A stretch of 62,158 bases of DNA, filler included, from Sphacelaria rigidula (Eukaryota): NCBI GenBank assembly GCA_964200075.2. It is 6 parts of 6 records of this genome, joined end to end, with 100 filler letters (N's around TTAATTAATTAA, not from the genome) between each part and the next. Parts side by side here need not be neighbours in the genome. Positions count along the whole stretch, not along the records: positions 1 to 10,277 come from CAXNAA020006809.1; positions 10,378 to 20,654 come from CAXNAA020006810.1; 4 more parts are not named here. The stretch is one strand, 5' to 3'. Below, one piece after another: positions 1 to 12,460 of the stretch. The notes below the pieces were generated by a model. That model was not told where the DNA came from. It searched no databases and saw only the letters and a program-made list of their open reading frames with translations. A program made the translations under genes and the position numbers. The stretch's first letter is position 1. Each line of letters starts with the position of its first letter.

Positions 1-608
1 GTCCCGGCTTTGTAGGGATGCGAGGTCAATGGTCTTATGACTATGGCAAGCATGATCATGAGTACACCCCCTCACATCTCTCATTTCTCCAGTTTACTGC
101 GGCTGGTCTTTCCGTGTACAGATATGGGATACCGGGACATTTTTGGTCGGATTTTTTTTCCCGCACCTTTTCCAACTTTTTTCTTTGTCTTTCCGACTTG
201 TCAGAAAAAGAAATGCAGAAAAACACTCTTCCGACGCTAGATTTTCGGAGAAGTCTCTGGTCAATCTTGAATTGATCTGTGCCTTACCTGGTAACGGAAT
301 CAGCTCTCACATTTTGAGGGGGAAAAACCTCATTTCCTGGAATGGCGGAATTTTTCGGGGGGGGGCACGGGGAGCTAGTACTACTCCTCTTTTTACCTTG
401 GGTAGGCAAATACGTCTGTCTTCTCATGACCACTGCTGGAATGATGTCGTCACGAATCTGGCAAAATATGTTGTACGACAATCAATCCTTCAATGCACCA
501 AATCATGCGAGAACTTGAAATTTGACATCGAAGTCAACAAATCAACAAATCAAGAACTAAAAACAAAGCTTTGAAAAAAATAACCTGAACAAAAGGTCAC
601 AACAAATG

Positions 609-609
609 C

Positions 610-643
<34 letters not shown>
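609..643 (+). repeat. (CAA)n microsatellite
   Basis: Direct run of caa units. Confidence 0.9.
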
Positions 644-644
<1 letters not shown>

Positions 645-2666
645 AAATCAACAGCTCCGAAAACTCTGTAACTCATAAACAAACAGTTGAGTCAAAATAC
701 CTTCGAGGAAATATGCGTCGACGAATCGCCGCGTTCGGCGCCACCAATGGACCGACCAGTCGCCGTCGCTCCCACAGCACCTCCCACCCCATCCTCGAGC
801 ACGGTGCCGTCATTGCCCCCCACTCCACGAACACTACCGCCGTCACTGTTTTCGCTGTAGCGTGGAATCACGAAACTGTCCACCGCCCGTAACAGCCCAT
901 TCTCATGGAGGCGATCAGCCTTGAGAAAAGCATCACTGTAGTCGCCGTCCCCGTCTCCTGCGTTACTTTCCACCGCCGAAAACGCCTGCGATGTCTGCTG
1001 ACGAATGACCGGTCACAAGTCATGCAGTCGCTCAGTCACTCATCGGTCGGCGACACGACAAGCAGGTATTGGCGGCGGTGTGCATGTGTATATTTGTGTC
1101 GTCGGCAACTAGAAGACGATCAGTCGTGGAGTGAATGCTACAAGGGAGATGTACTCATGATCTTGCACGTCTTAGTCGAATGAACATTGACCTCGAATCC
1201 CGACAAAGCCGGGACGGAGCACGCGGGGGCCCCCAGCCTGACCCGGCTCGAAATCAACCCCCGAGCGCGAAGCATCGTCATGTGTTCGACGAATCGCATG
1301 AAGGGTGAGCTGCATCCTGCTAAGATTGTTCGGCCCGAAGCGTGCTCACTACCTTGCATAATGATGACAGCCTCCAATGAGTTACTTCATTTTCTGGGAT
1401 CACCACTTCCGGAGACAGCCGCGGCTTATACGCGGCCTCATGGGTGTCTTACTATCTGGACACAATTCAGTATGATTATCCCTTGAGCGGAATCGAGGTT
1501 CTCCCACCTCGCACAGCATGATCTGGCTCGACCATCATCATGGTTTTACCGCACAAAAAACGCAAGCGCGCGCAAAATTAAAAAAAAGTAACCTGGGGGC
1601 CTCGCTTACGACATGAGTGGCATGTTTTACAGCGTCATTGTAAACCCACGCCAACCCCATAGAGGGTCCATCCGTACAAAGCGGGGGCGGAGCACGCCGG
1701 GTTTTCGCCGGACCAGGCTGAGGGGAGGAGGGGGGTGGGGGTGATTCTCCGAAAAGCTGGGGCTCACAGATATGTCTGTCGACCCAACTACTCGCGGTAC
1801 GTTTGTTTGTATTTGGGTCGAAAAGCCTTGCCTGCGAGGACAGCCGTTCGGTAGTAGCCGTCCGTCTGTCGGTATCCGATTTTTCTCCTCCCCCTCCCCC
1901 TCCCCCTCCCCCTCCCCTTCTTCCTGCTCCACCTCTCCCCCCCGCCGCGCCGACGGCTCCGCTCGCATCGCTCCCTCTCTTGACCCCGCCCCCACCCCCG
2001 CCAAAACCACCGTAGCAGCTGTCACTGTCAAAGCAGCTGTCACCCTCCAAGGCGCTCTCTCCGATACTTCCGCTCGTTTCGCTGGAGCAGCTGTCGCCAT
2101 CGGCATCCCGACCATAGTGATCGTGAGGATCGCCGTCCCGCGCGCGGTAGTCCGGATTGCCCCCACCCCCTTCGCGAACTGTGCTGCCGGCAGGGCCGCC
2201 GCCTGGAAGGACCCCCGTGTGTCTGTCTCCCGTCGTGTTTCCCGGCGCCGGCGGTTGTGTGGGGTCTCCTCCGGCGTTTGCGGCTAAACATCGCGGGGAG
2301 AAGACCACCACCGTGCGGGGACCGCGGTGTTTCCTTCGTTGTTGATGATGTTGTCGTCATCATCCATCACCGTCATTATTGTCGGGATCCACCGTTGTCC
2401 ATGTCATCACAACCCATCATTTGTTGTTTTTGTTGTTAATGTCGTCGTTATGGGCGGTGACAGTTCCAAGGATACGGAATCGAGGCCAAGAAACAGAAAA
2501 TGATCAGGGGAAGCGACGGCAAAATGGAGGGCCAATGAATTGAACGGATCCAAAGATTACCACGGACGGCAACGACGACACCGGAGGAGATATGGAGTAA
2601 TCCCTCGAGACCACGGATACGTCCCCAGGAAGGAGGCTAACCAAAGTGTGATGGAAAATAACCAGA

Positions 2667-3059
2667 GAGGAGTACGTGACACACGTGACACATTTGAAAA
2701 AAAAACGGAAGAAATGTAACTTGGGGCCATTTAACGCTACGTAAGGTTTGGGTTTTTGGACGGGACAATGCAACGTAACGTGATGTAACGTTGTCTCTTG
2801 GTGTTTTCCAGATGTAAATGAAGGCTATTTTTGTGAATTTTTAACGTGACACGTTACATATTCACGAAAACAAGCAGAGTTTTCGTCACATTTGGAAAGT
2901 AAAACGCAATGTTAGGGTTCATGCGAAGGACCACACGTTACATCAGGTTACGTTACACATGTCCCATCCAAAAAATCAAATCTTAGGCAGCGTTAAATGA
3001 CCCAAAGTTACGTGTTTTCGAATGTGTCACCTTGAAACGTCACGTGTCACGTATCCCTT
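2667..3059. mobile_element. ~400-bp MITE-like dispersed repeat, copy 1
   Basis: Near-identical to 8900-9299. Terminal inverted repeats gaggagtacgtgacacacgtgac / gtcacgtgtcacgtatccctt. No clean TSD seen. Confidence 0.75.
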
Positions 3060-3160
3060 ATTCCAAGTATACCCACAACGGCAAGGGCAAGAGCGAGGGC
3101 GAGGAGAAGTGCAACACCACCACCACCAGCAACGACAACAACAACAACAACAATAACCAC

Positions 3161-3421
3161 GAGTGATGTTACGGTAGGGGTTGCACTTTTTGAGCGAAAA
3201 TGATTCTCGAGGTGTCGCACGGGTCATTTTGAGAATCGACATTATCTTTACTTGAAAAATACTGAAAATGATGCCGATTCACGAAAAGGCCCCTGCGTGC
3301 ATCTCTATGTCCGGTCCCCCGAAATTTGGGTTGCACAGTAGCAAGCCCCATATACTTGGGCTCCTACAAAAAAAAAAGAGACCCAGAAGCAAAAAGTGCG
3401 ACCCCTGTCGTAGCATTGCTC
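3161..3421. mobile_element. Sola-like MITE (GAG...CTC ends, 4-bp TSD CCAC)
   Basis: ~31-bp TIR gagtgatgttacggtaggggttgcacttttt / aaaaagtgcgacccctgtcgtagcattgctc. CCAC on both flanks. Interior matches 18898-19172. Confidence 0.85.
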
Positions 3422-3448
3422 CCACAAGCAAGCAACGGCGCTTCCTAC

Positions 3449-3721
3449 CTGTCAACGGTCGACGATCCTCGATGATGCTTAACACGGCAAACTTCCCCCA
3501 TCTTCGGCCGTGCAGAAGAGGGAGCCACCGCGGCCGCCGAGGTGGAGGATGACCGCCCGACGCCGAACAACCTCCTTCTCGAACCCCCGCGGCCGGCACC
3601 GCCGCCGGCTCTCCAGTCGCCACCGCTAACACTACTGTGGGATGGCTTCTTGCGATTCCATAGCAGGAGTTCGTGGTCAGACCCCAGTGCTACTCGTGTA
3701 ACCACCACGGCACGGCTTACC
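3449..3721 (-). CDS. candidate internal exon of an unknown host gene
   Basis: Open frame VSRAVVVTRVALGSDHELLLWNRKK...HHRGSSTVD bounded by acceptor acgacAG and donor GTagga on the minus strand. Confidence 0.3.
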
Positions 3722-4829
3722 CTGTCGTAATTAATGTGAGTTCGTTTATATTTCTTCATACTTTTCTTCTTCCGTGATTTATGTCAGATCATCACGCAAT
3801 CGTGTCAACCCTCTCCTTCCATCGACGACCACACATCATCAACTCGATATGTTTGTATTCCACACCTACGCCCCTCGTTGAACAGAGAAGGGGGTATCGT
3901 ATCCGAGTCAAATCTCAACCTTATTTTAGTGTAGGTGCAGATGTACATCACCTACGAAAAAAGCACCGAGAAGGAAAAAACCAAACAAAAAACACAAACA
4001 AGTAGATGCCGCAAACAATCTTGCAGCTCGTAAAAGCAACAAGCACGCACGACACGTGAAACACGCTGGAGGGTTGACATATTCCATACGCTGGAGTACG
4101 ACACACACGATGCTGGAACATGACACAATGCTAAAACATGACACGACATGACGCTATAAAGTATGCCCGACAACGCTGGAATATGACACATACGACACCA
4201 GAGTACAACACACACGCGCGCACACTCACCTGTAAAACAAGCAGGAGCAGAGAGTGTCGATCGTACACCACAGCAAGATCGGGCCGTTTAGTATCCAAAC
4301 GTGGGGATGCGAACGGCGGCGGAAGCTCTCAACGACCAACAACCCTACCGCCAGCTGCACGTTACAACAATAGCAGAGAAGCGACAACAGCAGCAACAAC
4401 GGCAGCAGCAGCAGCAGCAGTAGAGGCAGCAGAAAAAAAAAGAGTATAGGAACGAAACCTAACGGAGATACAGAAGCGATGCGCGCGCGGATGAACACGA
4501 AAATGGAGCGGAGGCTCAAGTAGGATCGAGAATCGGAAATGGATAACGGCGTATCCATTCTCCAAAAAAGGATGGGCTCAAAGACAATCAACGTATTTGT
4601 TGAATTTTTTTCACGTGTGGTGTAGGCGAAATCCGTCTGTATCTCTAACTGCCTACCATGTACCTCACCAGGCAAAGAAAAACAAAAAACGGTACAATTT
4701 GTTCCCGGGCGGGCACAGTCCTCATCTGGTTGGATCAGGTGCGCGAAGTCGCGGCGGGCACAGGCGGCTCATGTATTGCAATAATCGATATCCACGATTT
4801 CCGATCATCTCTTTTCTTCTTCATCCACA

Positions 4830-5106
4830 CAAAAAAGTCGGACAAATAGTGATTCGTCCGAGAATGACTTGCTTTTCATGTCTTGCTTTTCATGTATCGA
4901 GTCGTACCCCAGGAATCATGCTCTGGACTTTCGCCTCCAGCATTGTACCCCAGGTAAAGGCACTCCACGCACGTGAATTAGCGAGAAAGTGAAAACTTTC
5001 TCTTTTCTTTTTACCCGCAGCCATTTTTGTTGTCTTCTCCGAGCAATAAGGCCGGAGAAGTCGTAGATTTCGTGATTTGAACTAGCGATGATTCGCCCAA
5101 CCCATG
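4830..5106 (+). mobile_element. hAT-type MITE, diverged copy
   Basis: Ends gtcggacaaatagtgattcgtc and gatgattcgcccaacccatg match both termini of the 34280-34536 element. Confidence 0.65.
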
Positions 5107-5439
5107 AACTATTACTTACTGCAAAGAGATAAGATACAGAGAATTCAAGATACAAAACAAAAATTCAAGGTTGGATGCGTTCATTCATAGCCCGGAGAGG
5201 TCATCTCCAGCAAGCCACGGGGGTATTCGAGGACGTCAAGCAAAAATTGAAAGATGAAGACCATATGGTACCCATGTTCGCTGTTTGTATGTACGGATCG
5301 ATGAACCTTCTTCTGTGGGGGAGGGAGAGGGAAACATCATGGATACATGCGTCCTTTCGGGTACCACTACCCGCAGTCATTGAGCATACTAGAAAAAAAA
5401 AGGACGATCAGAGCGCTCCGTTATCTGCAGCTCACCACG

Positions 5440-5710
5440 TATTCTTATGTATATATCCATACGTAAACACATATATACATCAACACATAGATACGCACGC
5501 GAAGACATCCATGGATATATAAATACATCTATGAAGACATGGATTAAACATAAATGAGTAGATACATAAATAGATACACCAACACATGGAAAATACATGA
5601 ACACGTACTGTACATATATATATATATTTATATATATGTATGCTCTGTACACATACAGTACATGTATACATACGTGCATACAAACGCGCATACATGCATG
5701 CATACATGAA
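5440..5710. repeat. low-complexity (TACA/TA)n tract
   Basis: Dense tacat/atat units. Confidence 0.8.
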
Positions 5711-6394
5711 ACAATGATACTTTCAGGGGGTCGGATGAACCATCGCTGATTCGAATCACCAAATCTACGACTTTTGAGGCCTGATTGCGCCAAAGAGGGA
5801 AAATCCTTGCTCGCGGGTCAATAAAAAAAGTCTCTATGCGAATTCTGCGCTGCTCACATGGCTGGAGTGCAACACTTGAACACTTGCAACGCTGTTAACA
5901 AAGACTCAGAATTTTTATCCGTACGATACGAATCAGCCACACTGGAAGCAATCGAATATCAATCATACGAATCATTATTCGTCGCCCGGCCCTTGATACT
6001 TCCATCGGAATGCTTCACACCTTCACAACCATGGACAAGAGATTACATTGCCAAAAATGGTACTGCGTACAAAATGGGGTGTTGCGTCTATTGCAGTAGA
6101 CAATATATCCCATACCGTACGCAGTATATATTTTTACAATACAATTTATTGTCATTATCCAGGGTGTGGACACCTTGCGCAATGACAATATATGGTCAAC
6201 AGTTGCAATAGACAATGAATGTACTGCTCAAAGTATAGGGCTATTGTAGCTATTGTCGGCCGGCAACAGTCGAATCAGGCCTTTACTTTGTTGTTGTTGT
6301 TGTTGTCTTCACATTAAAAACCGTTCCGATATCTACGCGGTAGATCCGTACTGGGCATCTGATGCGGACGCCTTCCGTGGTCAGAGACTAGCTA

Positions 6395-6682
6395 CCTATA
6401 ATAAGGTATGAGGAAATCAAACAAAGCGGAAAAACAAAAAAGACCTAGATTAAAACTCACAAAACGCGATACAAGCAAAACAGGGATAAATAACAAAGAA
6501 GACAGAGAATACATACGGCTAACCTCAGAAGATCCGGTGCCGCAGGTGGCCATTCGGATCTCAGGGGGTGGCACCCGGCTTTCCAACTCGACGCGCGAGG
6601 CCGAGTAGAAAAAAAAACATAAGGCCCGACGACGGGCGAGACTCTAGGCCCCAAGTACCGCCAACCAAACAACCAAGAATCG
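6395..6682 (-). mobile_element. possible second, degenerate tRNA-derived SINE
   Basis: Minus strand reads A-box-like tggttgtttggttgg, weak B-box-like gagtctcgccc, a T-run, a GC-rich body and a T-rich tail. Single copy in the window. Confidence 0.3.
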
Positions 6683-6933
6683 CAAGGTTTCATCTTTCGA
6701 GCTTCCGAGGGACAGTCATCTTACGCAGTACATTTCTGGGTCTGTTGCAACTATTGACCATATATTATATATCCAGATGTGGAATGCTTCGCCATTTTAT
6801 AGTCAACTGCGAGTTCAACCTTGACCCAACGAGTATGAACGCCCAGTCACCAGACGGTCTTCTCGTGAATTCCAAATATCTTCATCCATTTTTACCTCGG
6901 GTATGTCTGCCCCATGACCACGGCCATTCAGAT

Positions 6934-7191
6934 CACCATTAGGGCGAATCATCACGCCCAAGACTCACCAAATCCATGATTTCTTCGGCCTGGTCGCCCA
7001 AAAGGGAGGAAAAAAATTGATCGCTGATCCAGGGGGTATCCACGCAACTTTTGCGCCATTCCACGTGTCTGGCCTGCGTGTACCTGGCTTGCAACCCTAA
7101 AAACAAAGCCTAGAGAGTGATTCGTACGACTCGAATCAACCATACTAAAACCAAGTGATTTCCAGACGAATCATTATTTGTCCGAACCTTG
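6934..7191 (-). mobile_element. hAT-type MITE
   Basis: Reverse complement aligns along its length with 34280-34536. TSD decayed (attcagat / aatcaatt). Confidence 0.8.
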
Positions 7192-7394
7192 AATCAATTA
7201 CAGTCCGCGCCAACTCACCACCACTGGCCGTACCAGAAACCCGCATTACTATTCCTCCCCCTCCTCCTCCTCCCCTCTTCTCCATCACGGCGCACGGTGC
7301 TCCGTCTCGAAAGGATGCATGGTCAATGGTCAAACGACGAAGGCAACCAACAAATGAGTGCCCTCCCCCCTCTTTCCCACCCACAGCAACTCAC

Positions 7395-7589
7395 CGTTTG
7401 GAGCCGCTCGACCAGGTAAGGGTTGCCCCGCAATACGGCAAACGCATAGCGCCGGAATCTGAGGGCGAAGGCAGCGGACATGACAAGGACCAGGCTGAAC
7501 AAGGCTACGCTGATCAAATCATCGACGGTCCACACCACCACCTTGCCCGGCATCTCGAAGAGATCGCCACGAGGCTCTCCCGGCATGAC
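7395..7589 (-). CDS. candidate exon encoding a transmembrane segment
   Basis: 195-bp open frame VMPGEPRGDLFEMPGKVVVWTVDDLISVALFSLVLVMSAAFALRFRRYAFAVLRGNPYLVERLQT, with an AG acceptor and a strong GTGAGT donor. Confidence 0.5.
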
Positions 7590-7730
7590 CTTCGCGTGTG
7601 TGCGGCGTAACATGTAGGTGGTGGCGGCGGCGGCGGCGGCAGCAGCAGCAACAGCAGCAGCAGCAACGGCGAGGTGAGTTCACTTGGTCGATGAAGAAAT
7701 TGATCCATTTTTTTTTTCAATAAAGTCATA

Positions 7731-8286
7731 ATCTTAACCCTAACCCCAACCCCAACCCCAACCCAAGGCATGCCGAGAACCCCTCGGGCGGAGGTGGGTG
7801 CCAAGCGTTCTCTAGGCCAAGTGTGGCGTTGGCAGACCTCAAACAGGTGCCGATCTTGACGGAAACGCGTTCTGCGCACGCGAGGGGCAGTTGGGGCTGT
7901 CAGCCCCGTTGAAGATCCGGATAACGATGTATATACTCAAATCAAGTAATAAAATTCTGGGAAGGTTCTAATTGACCAAGTGGTGAAAACTACTGGCAGC
8001 AGCAGCAGCAGCAGCAGACATCCCCGCTTGGTAGCTTGAACTTGACGTACATAATTGGAGTCTAGACACCAAATTACGGATTTTCAGAGAGGTTGACAGT
8101 CCCGAGTGCTTCCCAGCACACGCATACTGTGTTTTTGACTCAATCGGCGTCGCATATATTTGACGTTTACCGATGTACCCTTCGCCCATTAATAGGGTAC
8201 ACTTTACACCGCCCCTACCTGAGAGTTCTCGGTATACCTTGGTTAGGATTGGGATCAGGGTTGGGTTACGAGTCAGGGTTAGGGAT
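7731..8286. repeat. inverted-repeat element with telomere-like outer arms
   Basis: Left arm taaccctaacccc...ccaaggcatgccgagaacccctcgggcggagg. Right arm cctacctgagagttctcggtataccttggttagg...cagggttaggg. Confidence 0.6.
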
Positions 8287-8407
8287 GTAGTTATTTCAGA
8301 GTCATAAATATCCGAGAAAGTTCTTCAACCTACCGAGTGGTGAAACGACACAAACTGTGAAGTATGACACGCACACTGGGATACGACACGCATATTTGAT
8401 AAGACTG

Positions 8408-8515
8408 TTGGAACCCACTGACGATTCTTGTTTTTGTGGATCGGAATCATTTTGACTTGAAAATGACCGAAAATGATACCGATTTACAAAAACAAACATC
8501 GTCCACGGGTTCCAA
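8408..8515. repeat. ~105-bp imperfect hairpin repeat (AAAATGATGCCGAT family)
   Basis: ttggaacccactgacg...cgtccacgggttccaa. Related copies at 9692-9796 and 32812-32907. Confidence 0.75.
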
Positions 8516-8899
8516 AAGGGTTGTTCAGCGCATGACACGCTCTCTGGAGTATGATAACAGCCAAACACACCTGAGCTGGCCACGAAACGCCCGTTGGCGC
8601 CTCCATCTTGTTGCTGAATCCGCTGAATATCGAAGGCAGCAACACGGCGTACAGGTGAAACCCTATAGCAACAGCCACAGTAGTCAGACCGATAGCTCTC
8701 AGACGGGCGTTGTCCGAGCGCCAGCTCCTCAAAAAGCCATGGAGGCATGCAGTCTCGGACAGCCAGTTCCAGGTGCAATGGCACAGTGAAGCAAGAATAA
8801 GACTGATTTTTACAAGGGGGGGAAAGTGAAGGGATGTGCGGGAAAGGTGGGGGCTCAGAAACTAGATACTCGACGTCTGGAAAACAACTTTATAACAGG

Positions 8900-9299
8900 G
8901 AGGAATACGTGACACACGTGACACATTTGAAAAAAACCCGAAAAAGACGTAACTTGGGGCCATTTAACGCTACGTAAGGTTTGATTTTTTGGACGGGACA
9001 ATGCAACGTAACGTGATGTAACGTTGTCTCTTGGTGTTTTCCAGATGTAAATAAAGGCTGTTTTTGTGATTTTTTTACGTGACGCGTGACATGTGACATA
9101 TTCACGAAAACAAGCAGAGTTTTTGTCACATTTGGAAAGTAGAACGCCATGTTGAGCTTCAAGCACAGGACCACACGTTACATCACGTTACGTTACATAT
9201 GTCCCATCCAAAAAATCAAATCTTACGCAGCGTTGAATGACCCAAAGCTACGTGTTTTCCGATGTGTCACGTTAAATAGTCACGTATCACGTATCCCTC
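8900..9299. mobile_element. ~400-bp MITE-like dispersed repeat, copy 2
   Basis: Near-identical to 2667-3059. GAG...CTC termini with ~20-bp TIR. Confidence 0.75.
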
Positions 9300-9417
9300 C
9301 CTGCTTGTTAGAGCCCCTGTCCTCAAGCTCTCAACGACGAAACTCAAATATAGCTGTTGGAAGGAAAAAACAAACAAACGTATACATACGTACATCTAAT
9401 ATGCTCACAACACTCAC

Positions 9418-9509
9418 TTGGTGGTGGATATTATGACTCGACCAGTTATTCGAGCCACCACATCGAAGATCTTCACGGACCACGGACCCTCAAGGAAGCA
9501 CCCGGAGTG
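9418..9509 (-). CDS. candidate exon (possibly ferric-reductase/NOX-like membrane protein)
   Basis: 92-bp frame HSGCFLEGPWSVKIFDVVARITGRVIISTT, with acceptor aacAG and donor GTGAGT. The family guess is weak. Confidence 0.45.
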
Positions 9510-9691
9510 CTGTTCCACCACCACCACAAACAAATAAACGATAATAATACGCAGAGAGATGAGAAAAAAAAATGAAGAGACAGGCGACATGGCAAGGCAA
9601 AAGCAAAGGCGAAAGCAAAAAACAACGTCATCGTGAGATTGAGTGTAGAGCGCTGATCGAGAGTGGCTTTGATCATTTGCCCAACCCTTTC

Positions 9692-9796
9692 GGAACCCAT
9701 TGACGATTTTTGTTCTGGGGAATCGGCATCATTTTCAGTCATTTTCGAGTAGAAATGATGCTAATTCACAGAAACGAAAGTCGTCAATGGGCTTCC
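9692..9796. repeat. hairpin repeat, copy 2
   Basis: ggaacccattgacg...cgtcaatgggcttcc. Confidence 0.75.
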
Positions 9797-10277
9797 ACAG
9801 GATTAACTTGGCCAAATTTTCATTCCGTGTGTGCTTTTCTTTGCCTCCACCGCTGGTGTGTGCCTACAGCTATGCACGTGGATATCCTTATCAGGGGATA
9901 TCAAGGGCCTCAGAGGCAAGCTACTACAGAAATCATATCGCGCCTCGTCGAGAGACATTTTGGAACTGAAACGATTCATTCACTAATTGACCGCTTGTCA
10001 CTCTCAATCGTATCCTCTACTCTCAATCTCACGAAAACGTCATTAAAAGCGAAAGGAAAAGCAGACGCGGGTTTCGGAGAGGAAGGGAGGATAGCAGCTG
10101 CAGTCAATTTGGACACCCATGTAGCACCGATGTACAACGACAACACAAGCAGACAAGATATACTGCAAGGGGGCACAAGAATGGGGAAGAGGGGGAGGGG
10201 GGCTGGGGGGGGGGGGGGGAACGCAGGAGGAATGACGTAAGGGGGGGACCAAGAAGGGCAAAAAATGAAAAAACCGG

Positions 10278-10377
10278 NNNNNNNNNNNNNNNNNNNNNNN
10301 NNNNNNNNNNNNNNNNNNNNNTTAATTAATTAANNNNNNNNNNNNNNNNNNNNNNNNNNNNNNNNNNNNNNNNNNNN
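10278..10377. other. artificial 100-bp contig spacer
   Basis: N run with central TTAATTAATTAA (stops in all six frames). Confidence 0.97.
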
Positions 10378-11347
10378 AAGATGGCTTCGCTCGGTCGTAA
10401 GTGTTTCGCGTCATCCCTGCAAAAAAGAAAGACCACTTCAACCTCATTTTTGAGATGGACCCCATTTTTTAGGATCCGCTGTTAACATCTGGGCGAACTG
10501 CGGGTGAGGCAATCGCCACAATATTTACCTGCAAACTCTTCTCCAGTGCACTGTAAGTTGATATCGCTAGAAGGACACTACCATAACGACCTTACCGGCT
10601 GTCAGACTGTCAGGAGGTAGTATCCAGTAGCATTGCTACCGTCTACACGGGAATGTTGCCTCCTTGTCGGGTACGCGGGGAAGGATTCATGGCAGAACGC
10701 AGTGGTCGCGTCAAGTAGCTGCACGCTGGGCGTTCTCCCTCAAGACTTCGATTCGGGCATGAAAGTAGGTAGGCAGCAGCAACTACTGTGTGTCCAGGTG
10801 CCCCTTCGAGTAAGATGCGTTTGGTTTCTGTTTGACAAAGTTATATCCCGAAAAACCAAAATCAATGGGGGTTTAAGAGTAGAAAAATGCAGCAAAAAAC
10901 TAGTAGCAAAAATTGAGTCGCAAAAAATGGGTAAGCCGAATATTTCACCCGGAGCAGAAACCAAATTCACCAAGTGAAATTGGAACAGTACAGTAAACAA
11001 AACTTGCAAGTTGACCGACAAATCCGATTTCTTCAGATTGGAAAAAGGGAATGAATAAACAAAAACACCAGTTCATACACACACAACCAACCCGTCGCAC
11101 AAAGCTCCCCTGCCGTTTGGGGTAATTTTACCCGAGGAACAAGCGAAATCCAGGATGATCTATACAAACAATCAATAAACGCTACGCAGGAACGCAACTA
11201 TCACAGGTGGAAACTTTGCTACACCCTGGGAACACCTTCCAAAGGTGGAGATCCGCTAGCGAACCTCCGAAGGTCCAGAACCTCCTGTAACGACCCTCTA
11301 CACACCCTCAAGGTTCAGAATCGCCTGTGGCCACTCTATACACACAA

Positions 11348-11708
11348 GCCGGTCGCCCCGGTGGCTTAATTGGTAACCTCGACACCTTCTGACAGTTGGG
11401 TCGTGGATTCAAATCTCGGAGCGATCTATTATTTTTTCTCACACCATGCCCAACAGTGGAGAGCGACTATGTCGTGGGTACACAAAACTCGACTTAACGG
11501 TCGACGAGGGACAGCAAGTGCCGAACCCTTCTCACGGTAAAAATTAAAGGCAAGCACCGCAGAAGGAAGGTAGAGTACTTAAAACAAACAAAAAACAAAA
11601 ACTGCTGTGCTGACCTTCCCCCTGTGTGACCCCGGCTGGTGCGCCCACATATACCGAAAGGTAGGTGTAGACCGACGTCCAGAATAGATGGGAAGACAAC
11701 ACACACAC
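11348..11708 (+). mobile_element. tRNA-derived SINE, full length
   Basis: A-box tggcttaattgg, B-box ggattcaaatc, (CA)n tail. Homologous to 41335-41407, 59581-60024 and 17008-17116. Confidence 0.85.
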
Positions 11709-12204
11709 CCTCTACAATGTTGCACCTTCATGCATCCTGCAGCGAGAGCGAATATCCATCTGTGCATGTCACGGTAGGGATGCACCTTTTCTTCTGGGGT
11801 TCTTCGTGGTTGGAGCCTCTCGATGAAAAGTATCTGGGGCTTACTGTGCAGCCTTGACGCTTTGGGGACCCGACTCCCAGAAACATACACAAGTGGACAC
11901 TTTGCTACACCCTCGGAACACCTCCTGGAGGGGTAGACCCTGTGGCGACACCCTACAAGGTAAAGAACCCTCTTACAACCCTATGGCGACCCTCTTCAAG
12001 CTATATAATCCCCTGTGACGATCCTCTACGCATCCTCAACAATGTGCCGCCTTCGTGTACACACGCGGCCATCTGGCTACCCTCGAAGGTTCCTCTATCA
12101 ACAGTGGATTGCCCAAACGTCTCCCTACTTGCTTGCCGTCTGTTTTGTAACTCCTCACTTGAGGATCTTAGGCATTCGCAATCCTTCAGAAGGTTTTAAA
12201 CGAT

Positions 12205-12460
12205 ATTGCATCCTCTGGAGGATTTCTACCTTCTCTGGGCGGTTTTCAACTTCGGAGTCCCCCTCTCGAAGATTTCTGTCAGTATCGCATGCTCTGGAGG
12301 ATTGCTATCCGAAAGAGGATTTTCAACATCGGAGTTTCCCTCGAGGGTATATGTCAATATCGCATCCTCTGGAGGATTGCTGCCCTGATTATCCACTAGT
12401 GGTCAGATTTGAACTTGCTCCCCAGAGAATCGATATGGCATCCGCAATCCTCTAGAGGGT
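12205..12460. repeat. ~78-bp diverged tandem units with palindromic core ATCCTCT(G/A)GAGGAT
   Basis: Core at ~12208, ~12287, ~12362 and ~12443. The same motif recurs near 60712. Confidence 0.6.

Noticed and set aside
4916-5155. Host exon
   Set aside because: Overlaps a hAT-type MITE copy.
6900-6990. Host exon
   Set aside because: Mostly MITE terminus, with stops in all frames.
10322-10333. TTAATTAATTAA as a biological motif
   Set aside because: Assembly linker inside N runs.
10378-10416. EF-Tu-like N-terminus (TYDRAKP) on the minus strand
   Set aside because: Too short and cut by the contig edge.
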